Origin: an uncultured Candidatus Peribacteria bacterium | Lineage (GTDB): Bacteria; Patescibacteriota; Gracilibacteria; UBA1369; LOWO2-01-FULL-3 | NCBI GenBank assembly: GCA_964629065.1 | Contig: CAZVOZ010000001.1 | Span: forward strand, 26,472-66,309 | Reading direction: 5' to 3' | Length of the DNA: 39,838 bases | Shown: one piece after another, positions 6,952 to 16,409 of the stretch | Numbering within the stretch: the first letter of the stretch is position 1 | How the letters are laid out: each line of letters starts with the position of its first letter | Made by a program: the position numbers and the translations under genes | Notes under the pieces: model-generated | Seen by the model: the letters and a program-made list of their open reading frames with translations, nothing else | Database searches by the model: none | What the model was told of the DNA's origin: nothing

Positions 6952-9501
6952 TTACATCTCTTCAGCAACTTCAACACCAAGTAGGGAAAGTCCGGTTTTT
7001 AAAATTTGGCTGGTGGCTTCGACGAGTTTGAGGCGGGCGTGTTTTTCCTTTTGGTCTGCGATTTTCAGGATTGGAACGACGGCATATAGGGTATTGAATT
7101 TTTGGGCTAGTTCGTAAATGTAATTGCTGAGGAGGTTTGGTTTGTATTCTTCGGCGGCGATGATGAGTTGTTCTTTGAATTTCGTGAGGTGGCGTTCTAG
7201 GTCTTCATAGACAGCGGTGGCTTTAGGATCGAGTTCGGCGGTTTGGTCGCCGGCGGCTTCTTGTTTGCGCAAGATGCTTTTGGCGCGGGCGTAAGTGTAT
7301 TGGAGGTAAGGCGCGCTATTGCCTTCGAGCGAGAGGATTTTGTCCCATTCGAAAGTGACATTGGTGGTGCGATTTTGGGAAAGGATGGCGTATTTGACTG
7401 CGCCAACGCCGATGATGTGGGCGAGTTTTGTAGTGTCTTGAAGGTCGGGATTTTTTTCGGTGATCAGTTTGGCGGCGCGTTCCTCGGCTTCGGTGAGAAC
7501 TTCGTCGAGAAGGACCGCCGTTCCGCTACGCGTGCTCATTTTGCCTTCTGGAAGGCTCATGCGGCCGAATTTGACATGAACGGGTTGGTCTTGGCAGAGG
7601 TTCATTTTTCGGGCGGCGGTGAAGAGTTGTTCGAAGTGAAGGCTTTGGGCGACATCGACAAAATAGAGGATTTTGGCGGGTTGGTGATTTTTAATTCGAT
7701 AATCGATCGTGGCTAAATCGCGGGTAATATAAAGTGTTGTGCCGTCTTTTTTACGCACAGGAACTGTTGCGAGGCCCTCTTCTGCGAATTCCAAGACGAG
7801 CGCGCCTTCTTCACCTTCGGTGATAACACCTTTTTTGAGTCCGAGGTCGATGATTGCGGTCATTTTGTCTTCGTAGAAGCTTTCTCCGAGGATTTGGTCG
7901 AAATGAATGCCGCCGAGGTGATCGTAGGTTTTTTGTAATGATTTGAGGCTTTCGTCGACAAACCACTGCCAAAGCGCGCGATTTTCGCTATCTCCTTCTT
8001 CAAATTTGCGAAATTCAGCACGGCCTTCATCGGCGAGGGTAGGATTTTTCTCTTCTTCGTCGTGAAATTGGATATAAAGTTTCAAAAGTTCATTTACAGG
8101 ATCTTTTTCAATGGTGTTTTTATCGCCCCATTTTTTATAAGCGGCAATTAGTCGTCCAAATTGAGTCCCCCAATCGCCAATATGGTTAATGCTAATAACT
8201 TTAAAACCGAGGAGTTTGTAAAGGTTATAGATGCTTTGGCCAATCACCGTAGAAAGCAAGTGATGTACGCCGAGGGGTTTGGCGATATTTGGTGAGCTAT
8301 ATTCAAGGATGATCGTTTTATCGCTATTGTGTTGTTGGCCGTATTGATCTTTTTGCTGCAGGATTTCGTCGATTTCCGCTTGGAGGGTTTCTTTGGAGAG
8401 AAAGATGTTGATAAAGCCAGGTCCGGCGATTTCAGTTTTGGCGATTTCGGCTGAAGGTTCGAGCTTTTCGAGAATCATGGCGGCAATTTCTTGCGGTGGA
8501 ATGTTCAGGTTTTTACTGAGTTGGAGGGCGATTGAGCAAGCATAATCGCCGTGAGTACTTTCGCGAGGGTATTCGAGGTGGAGATGGATTTCGTGATCGG
8601 GGAAAGCGGCTTTAGCGGCCTTTTGAAGGATTGATTCCAATCTATGTTTGAGTAAATCGGCAGTGATAATTGAAGTGTCAGCAACTGGTTTTGGCTTAGG
8701 TTTAGTTTTTTGCTTTTCGGCAATGGCTTGCTGGACGATAAAGTGCGCTTTATCTTTATTGAGAACTTTGGAATCGTCGGCTTCGCTCAGGCCTTTTATG
8801 CCGAGGTCGATGGCAGAAGTTTCTTCGGTGATGATGTATGGTTCGATTTGGCCGCCGATGTATTTGATTGCGGCGTTTTGGAATTCTTTAATGATCGCAC
8901 CAAATTCGTCGAGATGGATTTTGCTCAAGTCTTCGATCAGAATGAGGGCGTTTTTGGTTTCGCTTGTGAATTTGCTGCGATCGCATTCACGGTGATTCCA
9001 ATAGCGGCAAGTAATACCGGCTTGATCGATATAAGCGATTTCGCCTTCTTTGGCTTGTTTCACTTCGATTTCGCCGATGGCGCGGAAGGGTTCGCCGCCT
9101 TTAGTGTAAGTTAATTCAAGGTCGCCATGGATTTTGTCGAGGTCTTCGCCGCCGACGGGAAGCAAGTGTTGAAGCGAGAAATGGTTATAAAGATCGACCA
9201 ATAAATTGATGTGAGAGATTTCTTTACCAGCTTTGATGCGAGTAAGTAGAGCGGCGATTGCAGGTGGATATTTGTTTGGATTAACGCCGAATTTAGCATA
9301 GGCATCGGCCCAAGGTCGAACGGTGGGCAAATTGAGAATATCAGTGTCGGCAAACTCTTTCGCTCGGCGAGCGCAAATACCGCGTAAAAGGCTATCGACT
9401 GTGGAGAGTCGACGTTTGTTATCGATGCCTTTTAGAAGGATAACGCCGATTTTGAGATCGGGGTTTTGTTGAAAAATTTTTGGATCAACGCGTAATTTCA
9501 T
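6952..9501 (-). CDS. argS: Arginine--tRNA ligase with an N-terminal B3/B4 (PheRS-beta-like, COG3382-type) domain fusion
   Basis: 849 aa. Residues from about 285 to 849 are a full ArgRS: Add-1 N-domain, class I signature PLGVHHLLSTVIG, HIGDWGTQFG, GKMSTRSG, and a DALR-type C-terminus (APYLQYTYARAKSIL). Residues from about 1 to 235 match standalone B3/B4-domain proteins (LVDLYNHFSLQHLLPVGGEDLDKIHGDLEL, RYWNHRECDRSKFTSETKNALILIE). A K/P-rich linker (KQKTKPKPKP) joins the two parts. Confidence 0.9.
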   Translation of the reverse strand: MKLRVDPKIFQQNPDLKIGVILLKGIDNKRRLSTVDSLLRGICARRAKEFADTDILNLPTVRPWADAYAKFGVNPNKYPPAIAALLTRIKAGKEISHINLLVDLYNHFSLQHLLPVGGEDLDKIHGDLELTYTKGGEPFRAIGEIEVKQAKEGEIAYIDQAGITCRYWNHRECDRSKFTSETKNALILIEDLSKIHLDEFGAIIKEFQNAAIKYIGGQIEPYIITEETSAIDLGIKGLSEADDSKVLNKDKAHFIVQQAIAEKQKTKPKPKPVADTSIITADLLKHRLESILQKAAKAAFPDHEIHLHLEYPRESTHGDYACSIALQLSKNLNIPPQEIAAMILEKLEPSAEIAKTEIAGPGFINIFLSKETLQAEIDEILQQKDQYGQQHNSDKTIILEYSSPNIAKPLGVHHLLSTVIGQSIYNLYKLLGFKVISINHIGDWGTQFGRLIAAYKKWGDKNTIEKDPVNELLKLYIQFHDEEEKNPTLADEGRAEFRKFEEGDSENRALWQWFVDESLKSLQKTYDHLGGIHFDQILGESFYEDKMTAIIDLGLKKGVITEGEEGALVLEFAEEGLATVPVRKKDGTTLYITRDLATIDYRIKNHQPAKILYFVDVAQSLHFEQLFTAARKMNLCQDQPVHVKFGRMSLPEGKMSTRSGTAVLLDEVLTEAEERAAKLITEKNPDLQDTTKLAHIIGVGAVKYAILSQNRTTNVTFEWDKILSLEGNSAPYLQYTYARAKSILRKQEAAGDQTAELDPKATAVYEDLERHLTKFKEQLIIAAEEYKPNLLSNYIYELAQKFNTLYAVVPILKIADQKEKHARLKLVEATSQILKTGLSLLGVEVAEEM

Positions 9502-9519
9502 GGCGGCATTGTAATCTAG

Positions 9520-9548
9520 TTGCGAAAAAAAGACAAAAGATGTAGATT
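9520..9548 (+). promoter_or_regulatory. Sigma70-like promoter candidate (TTGCGA-17-TAGATT)
   Basis: The hexamers have 17-nt spacing and lie 24 nt upstream of the 9572 start. Confidence 0.35.
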
Positions 9549-9571
9549 TGGGAAAGTGAATTTAATCAACT

Positions 9572-10810
9572 ATGGATCCTGACATATTGCTCCTGGTGGG
9601 CATGGTATTGTTCTCAGCAATCTTTTCTTGTAGTGAGACCGCATTTCTTTCGGTCAGCCAGTCGAAGGTTGATGAGCTAGTATCAGAGAATAGACGCAAT
9701 GCAAAGCTCTTAAAGAGCATGAAGGAAAATCCGAATAAGACTTTGATTACGGTCTTGATTGCGAATAATTTGATCAATATCGCCGCTTCGGCTTATGCGA
9801 CGGTGATTTTTAGTGAAATGTTTGGATCGTCTGGGGTTGGTGTGGCGACAGGTGTGATGACTTTTTTGATTCTAGTTTTTGGTGAAATTACGCCGAAAGC
9901 TTTTGCGCATGAACATTCGGCGGGAATTTCTTTAGCTTTGGCACGGCCTCTTTATCTTTTGCAGCTAACTCTTTTTCCCGTAGTTTGGTTTTTCGAAAAA
10001 ATGGTCCAATGGATTACTGCTTTGGCTGGTGGTAAAAAGGGCTATACGGTGACTGAAGGTGAATTGATGGCGATGTTGAATATTGGCGCAAGTGAAGGAG
10101 CGATTGAAAAACAAGAAAAGGAACTGATCGAGAATATTTTGGAATTTAATGATATCGAAGTGGATGAAGTAATGACGCCGAGAGTCGAGATTGATGCTTT
10201 GGATTGTGAGATGACTTTGAATGAAGCGGTGGATTTCGCGCTGGCTCATTCACATTCGCGCTTGCCGATTTATGAAGGGAATATGGATAAAATTATCGGG
10301 ATGATTTCGATTAAAGATTTGTTGAAGGCTTATCATTTGTCTTCGACGACGAAGAAAATTAAGAATTTGAATTTTGCCGTGCCGATGGAAGTGCCGATGT
10401 CAAAGAAGATTAATAAGTTATTTCGGGAATTTCAAAAGAAGCATGTGCATATTGCAATTGTGATCGATGAATATGGTGGGACGGCGGGCTTGGTGACTTT
10501 GGAGGATTTGCTTGAGGAGATTGTGGGTGAAATTCAAGATGAGCATGATTTTTCGGAAGTGCCGATGGAAGTGGTGGATTACGATAATATTATTGTTTAT
10601 GGTGATACGGAGCTGGAAGTGGTGAATGATTTCTTCCAAGTGGATTTTTGGGAAGAGGAGCATGATACGGTAAATAGTGCGATTACGGATCATTTGCATC
10701 GTTTTCCGCGCGTGGGAGAAATTGTGGATTTTCCGCATGGGACAGTGAAAATTTTGAAGATGAAAAAGAATGTGGTGACGAAAGTACAGATCACAAGAAA
10801 ACGCTCTTAA
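9572..10810 (+). CDS. CNNM/HlyC-CorC family transporter (DUF21 + CBS pair + CorC_HlyC domain)
   Basis: 412 aa. N-terminal TM DUF21 (GEITPKAFA), a CBS region (MTPRVEIDAL..., SRLPIYEG) and HIAIVIDEYGGTAGLVTLEDLLEEIVGEIQDE. Confidence 0.85.
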   Translation: MDPDILLLVGMVLFSAIFSCSETAFLSVSQSKVDELVSENRRNAKLLKSMKENPNKTLITVLIANNLINIAASAYATVIFSEMFGSSGVGVATGVMTFLILVFGEITPKAFAHEHSAGISLALARPLYLLQLTLFPVVWFFEKMVQWITALAGGKKGYTVTEGELMAMLNIGASEGAIEKQEKELIENILEFNDIEVDEVMTPRVEIDALDCEMTLNEAVDFALAHSHSRLPIYEGNMDKIIGMISIKDLLKAYHLSSTTKKIKNLNFAVPMEVPMSKKINKLFREFQKKHVHIAIVIDEYGGTAGLVTLEDLLEEIVGEIQDEHDFSEVPMEVVDYDNIIVYGDTELEVVNDFFQVDFWEEEHDTVNSAITDHLHRFPRVGEIVDFPHGTVKILKMKKNVVTKVQITRKRS

Positions 10811-10831
10811 GAATTTTTAGTAGTTGGAGAC

Positions 10832-10860
10832 TTGCGATGGCGAAGCTTTTTTGCTATAAT
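10832..10860 (+). promoter_or_regulatory. Sigma70-like promoter candidate (TTGCGA-17-TATAAT)
   Basis: Consensus -10 hexamer at exact 17-nt spacing, 28 nt upstream of the ATG at 10889. Confidence 0.5.
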
Positions 10861-10888
10861 GTTGGGAAATAAAAATTAAAAAAGACAA

Positions 10889-12325
10889 ATGAAAAAATTA
10901 ATTTGCAGTTCTCTAGCTACTTTAATGGTTTTAGCAATGCCGATGACGGCTTTTGCAGCCGACACGAAAGCACCGAGCGATGTGGAAGGTGTACGCGCCC
11001 AAGCTTTGAATAAATCGGCAAAGATTAGTTGGGAGGCGGCGACGGATAATGTCGATGTCACTGGATATCAAGTGCATTATGGTCTTTCAGCTGTGGACGA
11101 TGTAGGCGAAAGCTTTGATGAGATGAAAGATGTTGGGAAAAAGTTGTCTTATACGGTGAGTGGTTTGGATAATGGTAAAGAATATTTCTTTGCGGTAGTA
11201 GCCTATGATGCAGAAGGTAATGAAAGCGTTAATTGGTCTTCTCAAGTTTCTGCGACACCTGGTGGTGCAGCGGGCGAAGACGATGAGTCCCCTACTGTGG
11301 CGGACGCAGAAGCGGTTGATAAAATTACTGTGAAAGTAGAATTTTCAGAAGCGGTTGTGTTGCCAGATGAAGACGCTGAAGATGCTTTTGCAATTGAAAA
11401 TGATGAAAGCTTTGAGCCATTGAATGTAGTGGCGGCAGAGTTGGATAGCGAAGATGAAGATGGAAAAACAGTACTTTTGACAACTGATGCGCAAGAAGAT
11501 GGAGTGGATTACACTTTGACAGTCGGAATTGATATCGAAGATGAAGCTGGAAATCCGATTGTGAGCGGAACTTCTGACACGGCAGCCTTTGTTGGAAGCG
11601 ATGCGGAACATGTGGAAGCGAAGGAATTTAAAGTATTGAGTGCAGAAGCGGTCGACAATACTCATGTTACTGTTACTTTTAATAAATCTGTTTTCTTAAG
11701 TATTGATCCTTCGGAAGATTTCGAAATTGTGGCGAAGGACGAAGAAGCAGTGAAGCTTGAAGTCCTTGGCGTGGAATTGGCGGAAAGTGAAGATGGTATG
11801 GAAGATGCTTTAGCGATTATTACAACTAATGAGATGGAAGATCGCCAATATGAAGTGCGTGTGAAAAATGTGATGGATGCTGATGATGTGGAGATTGGTG
11901 AAGATGCGGCAGTTTTGTTTAGAGGCGTAGTTGGTGGCGAAGAAATTGAGGACATCATCCCTCCTGATGATGTAGCAAAATTCTTAGCTAAGCAGTTAGT
12001 GAATGTGGAAAAAATGTCAGTGAAGTTGACTTGGGAAAAGGTGCAAAGCGAGAATGCTGATGCAGTAAAACAAACTGTCTACACTAGTAAAAATAAAGGT
12101 GTGGAATATGAAAAAACTGCCGAATTGGACGCTGATGCCTTGGAATATGAAGTGAATAATTTAGAAGCGGGAGAATATTGGTTCAAGTTGACGCAAACTG
12201 ACACTGTTGGGAACGAAAGTGAAGGTAAAATTGTCAAAGTTGTTTTGTCTGAAACTGGCCCAGAGCTCATTGGCTTGCTAGCTTTGTCACTTGGATTTGG
12301 TCGGATGTTCCGCCGAAAAAAATAA
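10889..12325 (+). CDS. Acidic secreted surface protein with fibronectin type III domains and a C-terminal sortase-like sorting signal
   Basis: Signal peptide MKKLICSSLATLMVLAMPMTAFA. Fn3-like blocks at both ends (SWEAATDNVDVTGYQVHYG...GKEYFFAVVAYDAEGNES and LTWEKV...GEYWFKLTQTDTVGNES). C-terminus is LSETG-PELIGLLALSLGFG-RMFRRKK: motif, hydrophobic segment, basic tail. Confidence 0.7.
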   Translation: MKKLICSSLATLMVLAMPMTAFAADTKAPSDVEGVRAQALNKSAKISWEAATDNVDVTGYQVHYGLSAVDDVGESFDEMKDVGKKLSYTVSGLDNGKEYFFAVVAYDAEGNESVNWSSQVSATPGGAAGEDDESPTVADAEAVDKITVKVEFSEAVVLPDEDAEDAFAIENDESFEPLNVVAAELDSEDEDGKTVLLTTDAQEDGVDYTLTVGIDIEDEAGNPIVSGTSDTAAFVGSDAEHVEAKEFKVLSAEAVDNTHVTVTFNKSVFLSIDPSEDFEIVAKDEEAVKLEVLGVELAESEDGMEDALAIITTNEMEDRQYEVRVKNVMDADDVEIGEDAAVLFRGVVGGEEIEDIIPPDDVAKFLAKQLVNVEKMSVKLTWEKVQSENADAVKQTVYTSKNKGVEYEKTAELDADALEYEVNNLEAGEYWFKLTQTDTVGNESEGKIVKVVLSETGPELIGLLALSLGFGRMFRRKK

Positions 12326-12371
12326 TGTCACATTTTAGAAAAATTTAAGAATCGTTTGTTAGGGTGGTGTC

Positions 12372-13220
12372 ATGAAGACATCACCCTTTAAAATTTCGGC
12401 GATTTTCTTACGCATTTGGACTGTGACAGTTTTGAGTCTTGGTGTGGGGAGTTTTTTTGCGTGGCGCGAATTGCCATTGGGTGAGTTTAAGATGTGGTTT
12501 TTAGATGTGGGTCAGGGTGATAGTGTTTTGATTCAGACGGCGGAAAATCATCAGATTTTGGTCGATGGCGGCGACGGCGAACGGATTATTGAAGAATTAT
12601 CTGCAGTAATGCCGTTTTTTGATCGTAGCTTAGACATGATTGTATTGACTCATCCACATGAAGATCATGTTGGTGGTTTGGTTGAGGTATTGAAAAAGTA
12701 TCGCGTGGAGAATGTTTTGTTGACTGGAGTTAATAATAGGAGCGGAATTTATAATGAGTTTTTGAATGAGATAATTGAAGATGATGTGGAATTTTTCATT
12801 GCGGATCAATTGATGGATTTTCGTTTTGGCGAAGTACTTTTAGATGTCTTGTATCCTTTTGAACCTTTGCTTTTAGAGGATTTTGATAATTTAAATAATT
12901 CTTCGGTTGTAATTATGGTTCATAATGAGGAGGAACGGATTTTACTAACAGGTGATATTGAAGAGGAAATTGAAGACGCCTTATTGGCGAAGCGGGTGGA
13001 TTTGAGAGCAGATGTTTTGAAATTGGGGCATCATGGGAGTAAAACTTCCTCTAGCTTGAAATTTTTAGCTAAGGTGAGACCAAAAAAAGCGGTAATCCAA
13101 GTGGGTGCTGGAAATAGTTATGGACATCCAGATGAGAGAGTTTTGCAAAATTTGGAAGCAGTTGGTGTGAAAGAGATTTCTAGGACGGATTTAGACGGAA
13201 GAATTGAACACCCTCCTTAA
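12372..13220 (+). CDS. ComEC/Rec2-related metallo-beta-lactamase domain protein (MBL domain plus one TM only)
   Basis: 282 aa with FLDVGQGDSVLIQT, LTHPHEDHVGGL, LKLGHHGSKTSS and YGHPDERVL. The polytopic Competence domain of full-length ComEC is absent. Confidence 0.8.
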   Translation: MKTSPFKISAIFLRIWTVTVLSLGVGSFFAWRELPLGEFKMWFLDVGQGDSVLIQTAENHQILVDGGDGERIIEELSAVMPFFDRSLDMIVLTHPHEDHVGGLVEVLKKYRVENVLLTGVNNRSGIYNEFLNEIIEDDVEFFIADQLMDFRFGEVLLDVLYPFEPLLLEDFDNLNNSSVVIMVHNEEERILLTGDIEEEIEDALLAKRVDLRADVLKLGHHGSKTSSSLKFLAKVRPKKAVIQVGAGNSYGHPDERVLQNLEAVGVKEISRTDLDGRIEHPP

Positions 13221-14521
13221 TCCTCAATGATGCGTTCGATATCAGCTCCGAGCGAACGGAGTTTTTGCTCGAGATGTTGATATCCCCGATCAATATAATT
13301 GATATTCGAGATAATTGTTTCGCCGGTAGCGATAAGTGCGGCGATGACCATGGCAGCGCCAGCTCGAATGTCGAAGCTGGAAATCGGCATTGCCTTTAGT
13401 TTGCGTGGTCCGATGATAATTGCTTGATGAGGATTTAGAAATTCGACATGAGCCCCCATTAGCTCAAGCTCAAAAAGATAGTTAAGGCGTCCTTCAAATA
13501 AAGTCTCGAAGACCTTACTGACACCATTGGCTTGGGTAAGGAGAACTGTAAAAGGCGCTTGAAGATCCGTGGGAAATCCAGGATGAACACTGGTACGAAG
13601 CATGGCAACAGCTTTGAGTTTGCCTTTTGGGGCGATTATCTGGACTTGATTATGTTTGATAATGATTTCGGCACCAACTTCTTGTAGTTTCTGCCAAACG
13701 CTATTTAGATGATCAGGATTAATTCCTTCGAGCGTGACATTTCCTTTAGTAGCGACGGCAGCAACAGCAAATGTGCCGGCTTCAAGATAATCTCCGGTGA
13801 CTGAATAGGTGCACCCATTAAGTCTGCTGACGCCCGTGATTTTCAAGGTTGTAGTTCCAATACCAGAAATTTTTGCACCCATCTTTTTTAGAAAATTGCA
13901 AAGATCCTCAACGTGTGGTTCGCAGGCAGCGAGGTGAATTTCAGTATGACCTTTAGCCATAACTGCAACCATAATGGCATTTTCGGTGGCAGTAACGCTC
14001 ATTTCCGAGAGAATGACCTTTGAACCGATGAGAGATTTTACTTTTATGTGCAAGCTACTTTCGTCATCAATCGTCTGACAACCAAGTTGTTCAAGAGCTG
14101 AGGTGTGAGTAGAGACTGATCGTTTTCCAAGAACACAGCCACCTGGAAAAGCCATTTTTACTTCACCTAAGCGTGGCAATAGAGCACCGAGAATCAGAAT
14201 GGAGGCGCGCATTTTTTTAACAAGATCTTCTGGAGCGGGCTTTTTTACAAGCTTCTTTGCTTCAATCGTTAAAGTACCATTATTGAATTCCGTTTTTGCC
14301 CCAAAATGTTCGATAATTTTGTTGATCGAATGAATGTCAGCGATATCAGGAACATTCTTTAATATAACTGGCTGATCGGTCAGCAATGCGGCGCAAATAA
14401 TTGGCAAAGCAGCATTCTTGGAACCGCTAATTTTTACGCGACCTGTGAGTTTTTTTCCTCCTCTAACAATGAATTTTGACATTTGTGGAAGATTATAACC
14501 TTTTAAAGTGTTGTTGGCCAT
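13217..14521 (-). CDS. murA: UDP-N-acetylglucosamine 1-carboxyvinyltransferase
   Basis: 434 aa with KFIVRGGKKLTGRVKISGSKNAALPIICAALLT and the EPSP-synthase-like fold throughout. An alternative start at 14482 (MSKFIVRGG) matches the canonical N-terminus better. Confidence 0.93.
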   Translation of the reverse strand: MANNTLKGYNLPQMSKFIVRGGKKLTGRVKISGSKNAALPIICAALLTDQPVILKNVPDIADIHSINKIIEHFGAKTEFNNGTLTIEAKKLVKKPAPEDLVKKMRASILILGALLPRLGEVKMAFPGGCVLGKRSVSTHTSALEQLGCQTIDDESSLHIKVKSLIGSKVILSEMSVTATENAIMVAVMAKGHTEIHLAACEPHVEDLCNFLKKMGAKISGIGTTTLKITGVSRLNGCTYSVTGDYLEAGTFAVAAVATKGNVTLEGINPDHLNSVWQKLQEVGAEIIIKHNQVQIIAPKGKLKAVAMLRTSVHPGFPTDLQAPFTVLLTQANGVSKVFETLFEGRLNYLFELELMGAHVEFLNPHQAIIIGPRKLKAMPISSFDIRAGAAMVIAALIATGETIISNINYIDRGYQHLEQKLRSLGADIERIIED

Positions 14522-14537
14522 ATTCTTTGGTTTAGAA

Positions 14538-14566
14538 TTGATTTTTAGGCTTATAGATGGTATAAT
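14538..14566 (+). promoter_or_regulatory. Sigma70-like promoter candidate with extended -10 (TTGATT-17-TATAAT, preceded by TGG)
   Basis: Hexamers at 17-nt spacing, 24 nt upstream of the ATG at 14591. Confidence 0.5.
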
Positions 14567-14590
14567 TTGGGGATTTAAAATAAAAATAAA

Positions 14591-15790
14591 ATGCAGGGGA
14601 AAAGGTTTTGGTATTTAAAGTCGATTGGCGCTCTTGCTCTGGTTATTTTTGGTGGCCAATTCTTTTTCCAAGTTCAGGATGATTATAGTGTTTTATCGAC
14701 TTCACTTTTGACACCTTTGAAAGAAATGGCAGAAGAAAGGAGAGAATTGACTAGTGATTTAGTGATTGAGGATGTGCGTTTGAAGTTAATGGCGGAACCG
14801 AAAGAGTTTTTTAACTTTTATCGATATAAGGCTGATGTATTGATTAAAAACTTGGGCGGAGCTTTGGAAGATGGTGTCATTACAATAAAAACAGGTAATG
14901 ATGGTGAAAAGATTGTATTGAAAGAAATCGATCTAGCGAATGGTGGGAATTATTTGTTGGAAGATTTGGAGGTTTTGGTTGATGGAGAATGGAATTCGCA
15001 AAAGATAAAGATTGAGGTTTTTTTACACAATAGGCATGAACTAGTGAAAACTAACAATAGTTATGAAACTGAAGTGTATGGTTTTGCTAGTAAAATAGAG
15101 ATCTCTAAAAAAGCTTTGGAAAAGGCACGATTGAGCGGTTTGGAAATTTGGTATAGCGATAAACTGGAGGCGAGAAAAGAAAATTATCGTGAAAGTTTAG
15201 AAGATGGTTTGGTGGAATCTTATAGTGTGATCGAGATGAGTGGAGAGGTTTTGAAAGATGATAATTTCAAAAAACTAAGTGTATTTACTGAAAAGGAAGG
15301 GTTTTATTTTTTGAAGGAAGAAGGTTCGGAAAGTGATAAATCTAGAGTTTCGGACATTTTACATTTCACTAATGACGAAATTTTGACTAGAGGAGACTTT
15401 GCTGTTTTGTTTTTGGAAGAAATGAGATTGAAAGCAGAGGTTCCGGAAGTGGAATTTTTGAGTGATGTGGGTTTGGATGACGAAAGAGCGGCGGAAATTT
15501 ATACGATTTATGGATTGGGGATTTTGAAAGATGAAGAAGGCTTTTTGCGACCGGAAAAATTGATGACAAGAGCAGAGGCTTTAGAAGCGATTTTTGATTA
15601 TTTCGATGTGGAATTTTCGAGTGAAGAAGAAGTGGCGGAATTTAGTGATGTGGAAACTGATAGTCCTTTACAAAATTACTTAGCAACTCTGGTTTCGGAT
15701 GAAAATTTTTCTTCTTTCGGTGAAGAGTTTCGTCCAGATGATCCGGCGAGTAATAGTTTTATAAAATTTTTGATTAATGAATATCGCTAG
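14591..15790 (+). CDS. Membrane-anchored hypothetical protein with C-terminal SLH-like repeats
   Basis: 399 aa with an N-terminal TM. Two SLH-like motifs at the C-terminus (FLSDVGLDDERAAEIYTIYGLGILKDEEGFLRPEKLMTRAEALEAI and FSDVETDSPLQNYLATLV...FRPDDPAS). Confidence 0.5.
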   Translation: MQGKRFWYLKSIGALALVIFGGQFFFQVQDDYSVLSTSLLTPLKEMAEERRELTSDLVIEDVRLKLMAEPKEFFNFYRYKADVLIKNLGGALEDGVITIKTGNDGEKIVLKEIDLANGGNYLLEDLEVLVDGEWNSQKIKIEVFLHNRHELVKTNNSYETEVYGFASKIEISKKALEKARLSGLEIWYSDKLEARKENYRESLEDGLVESYSVIEMSGEVLKDDNFKKLSVFTEKEGFYFLKEEGSESDKSRVSDILHFTNDEILTRGDFAVLFLEEMRLKAEVPEVEFLSDVGLDDERAAEIYTIYGLGILKDEEGFLRPEKLMTRAEALEAIFDYFDVEFSSEEEVAEFSDVETDSPLQNYLATLVSDENFSSFGEEFRPDDPASNSFIKFLINEYR

Positions 15791-16409
15791 GATTTTTCAT
15801 GTGTATTTTGCTTTCATAATGGTTTTGTCATCCTTTGCGTTGGCGAGTTACCATGGTGATGTATGGCACTATTTTCAAAATGGTTATGTCAGTGTGATTG
15901 ATGTAATGGATTTACGAGAGACTCATCATGGAGATGAAGGAGAGGAGATGGCGGGGAAAAAGACTTTGGATCGGCGCGGAGAAGAATTGTTAGAGGCTTT
16001 TAGTGGTGAGTTGATGCTGAAAGAAAATGTTGATTTTCACTATCTTGGCGAAAATGTGTTTGAAGGTTTATCGATTATGGTTGGTGGGAAAGGTCGATTG
16101 GAAGGTTTACGAATTGAAATGAGTGGCGATGATGTAGTGAAAGAGGCTGAGTTAATGATTGGAGATAAAATAGTGAAAGGTAAGGTGGAAAGAGATGCGT
16201 TAGTTTTTAATAATCTGAAGATTGAGCTGGAAAGTGTGAAAGAAATGAAAATAAAATTGATGATGAAAGAATCAGCAATGAGTGGTAATCGTGTGGGGCT
16301 TCGTATTCCTAGCAGTGCGTTTAAGGTTGCTGGTGGAATGAATTATTATTTTTTCCCGCTGGAAGATCAGGAAAAATTATATTTCTCGATTGTTGGAAAA
16401 AAGCAATAA
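15777..16409 (+). CDS. Hypothetical protein with N-terminal signal/anchor
   Basis: 210-aa ORF, 14-nt overlap with the preceding gene. No recognisable domain. Confidence 0.4.
   Translation: MNIARIFHVYFAFIMVLSSFALASYHGDVWHYFQNGYVSVIDVMDLRETHHGDEGEEMAGKKTLDRRGEELLEAFSGELMLKENVDFHYLGENVFEGLSIMVGGKGRLEGLRIEMSGDDVVKEAELMIGDKIVKGKVERDALVFNNLKIELESVKEMKIKLMMKESAMSGNRVGLRIPSSAFKVAGGMNYYFFPLEDQEKLYFSIVGKKQ

Noticed and set aside
7243-9114. + strand ORFs inside argS (7243-7716, 8648-8995, 8710-9114)
   Set aside because: They are antisense to a confidently identified ArgRS and have bias-driven G/F/V-rich translations.
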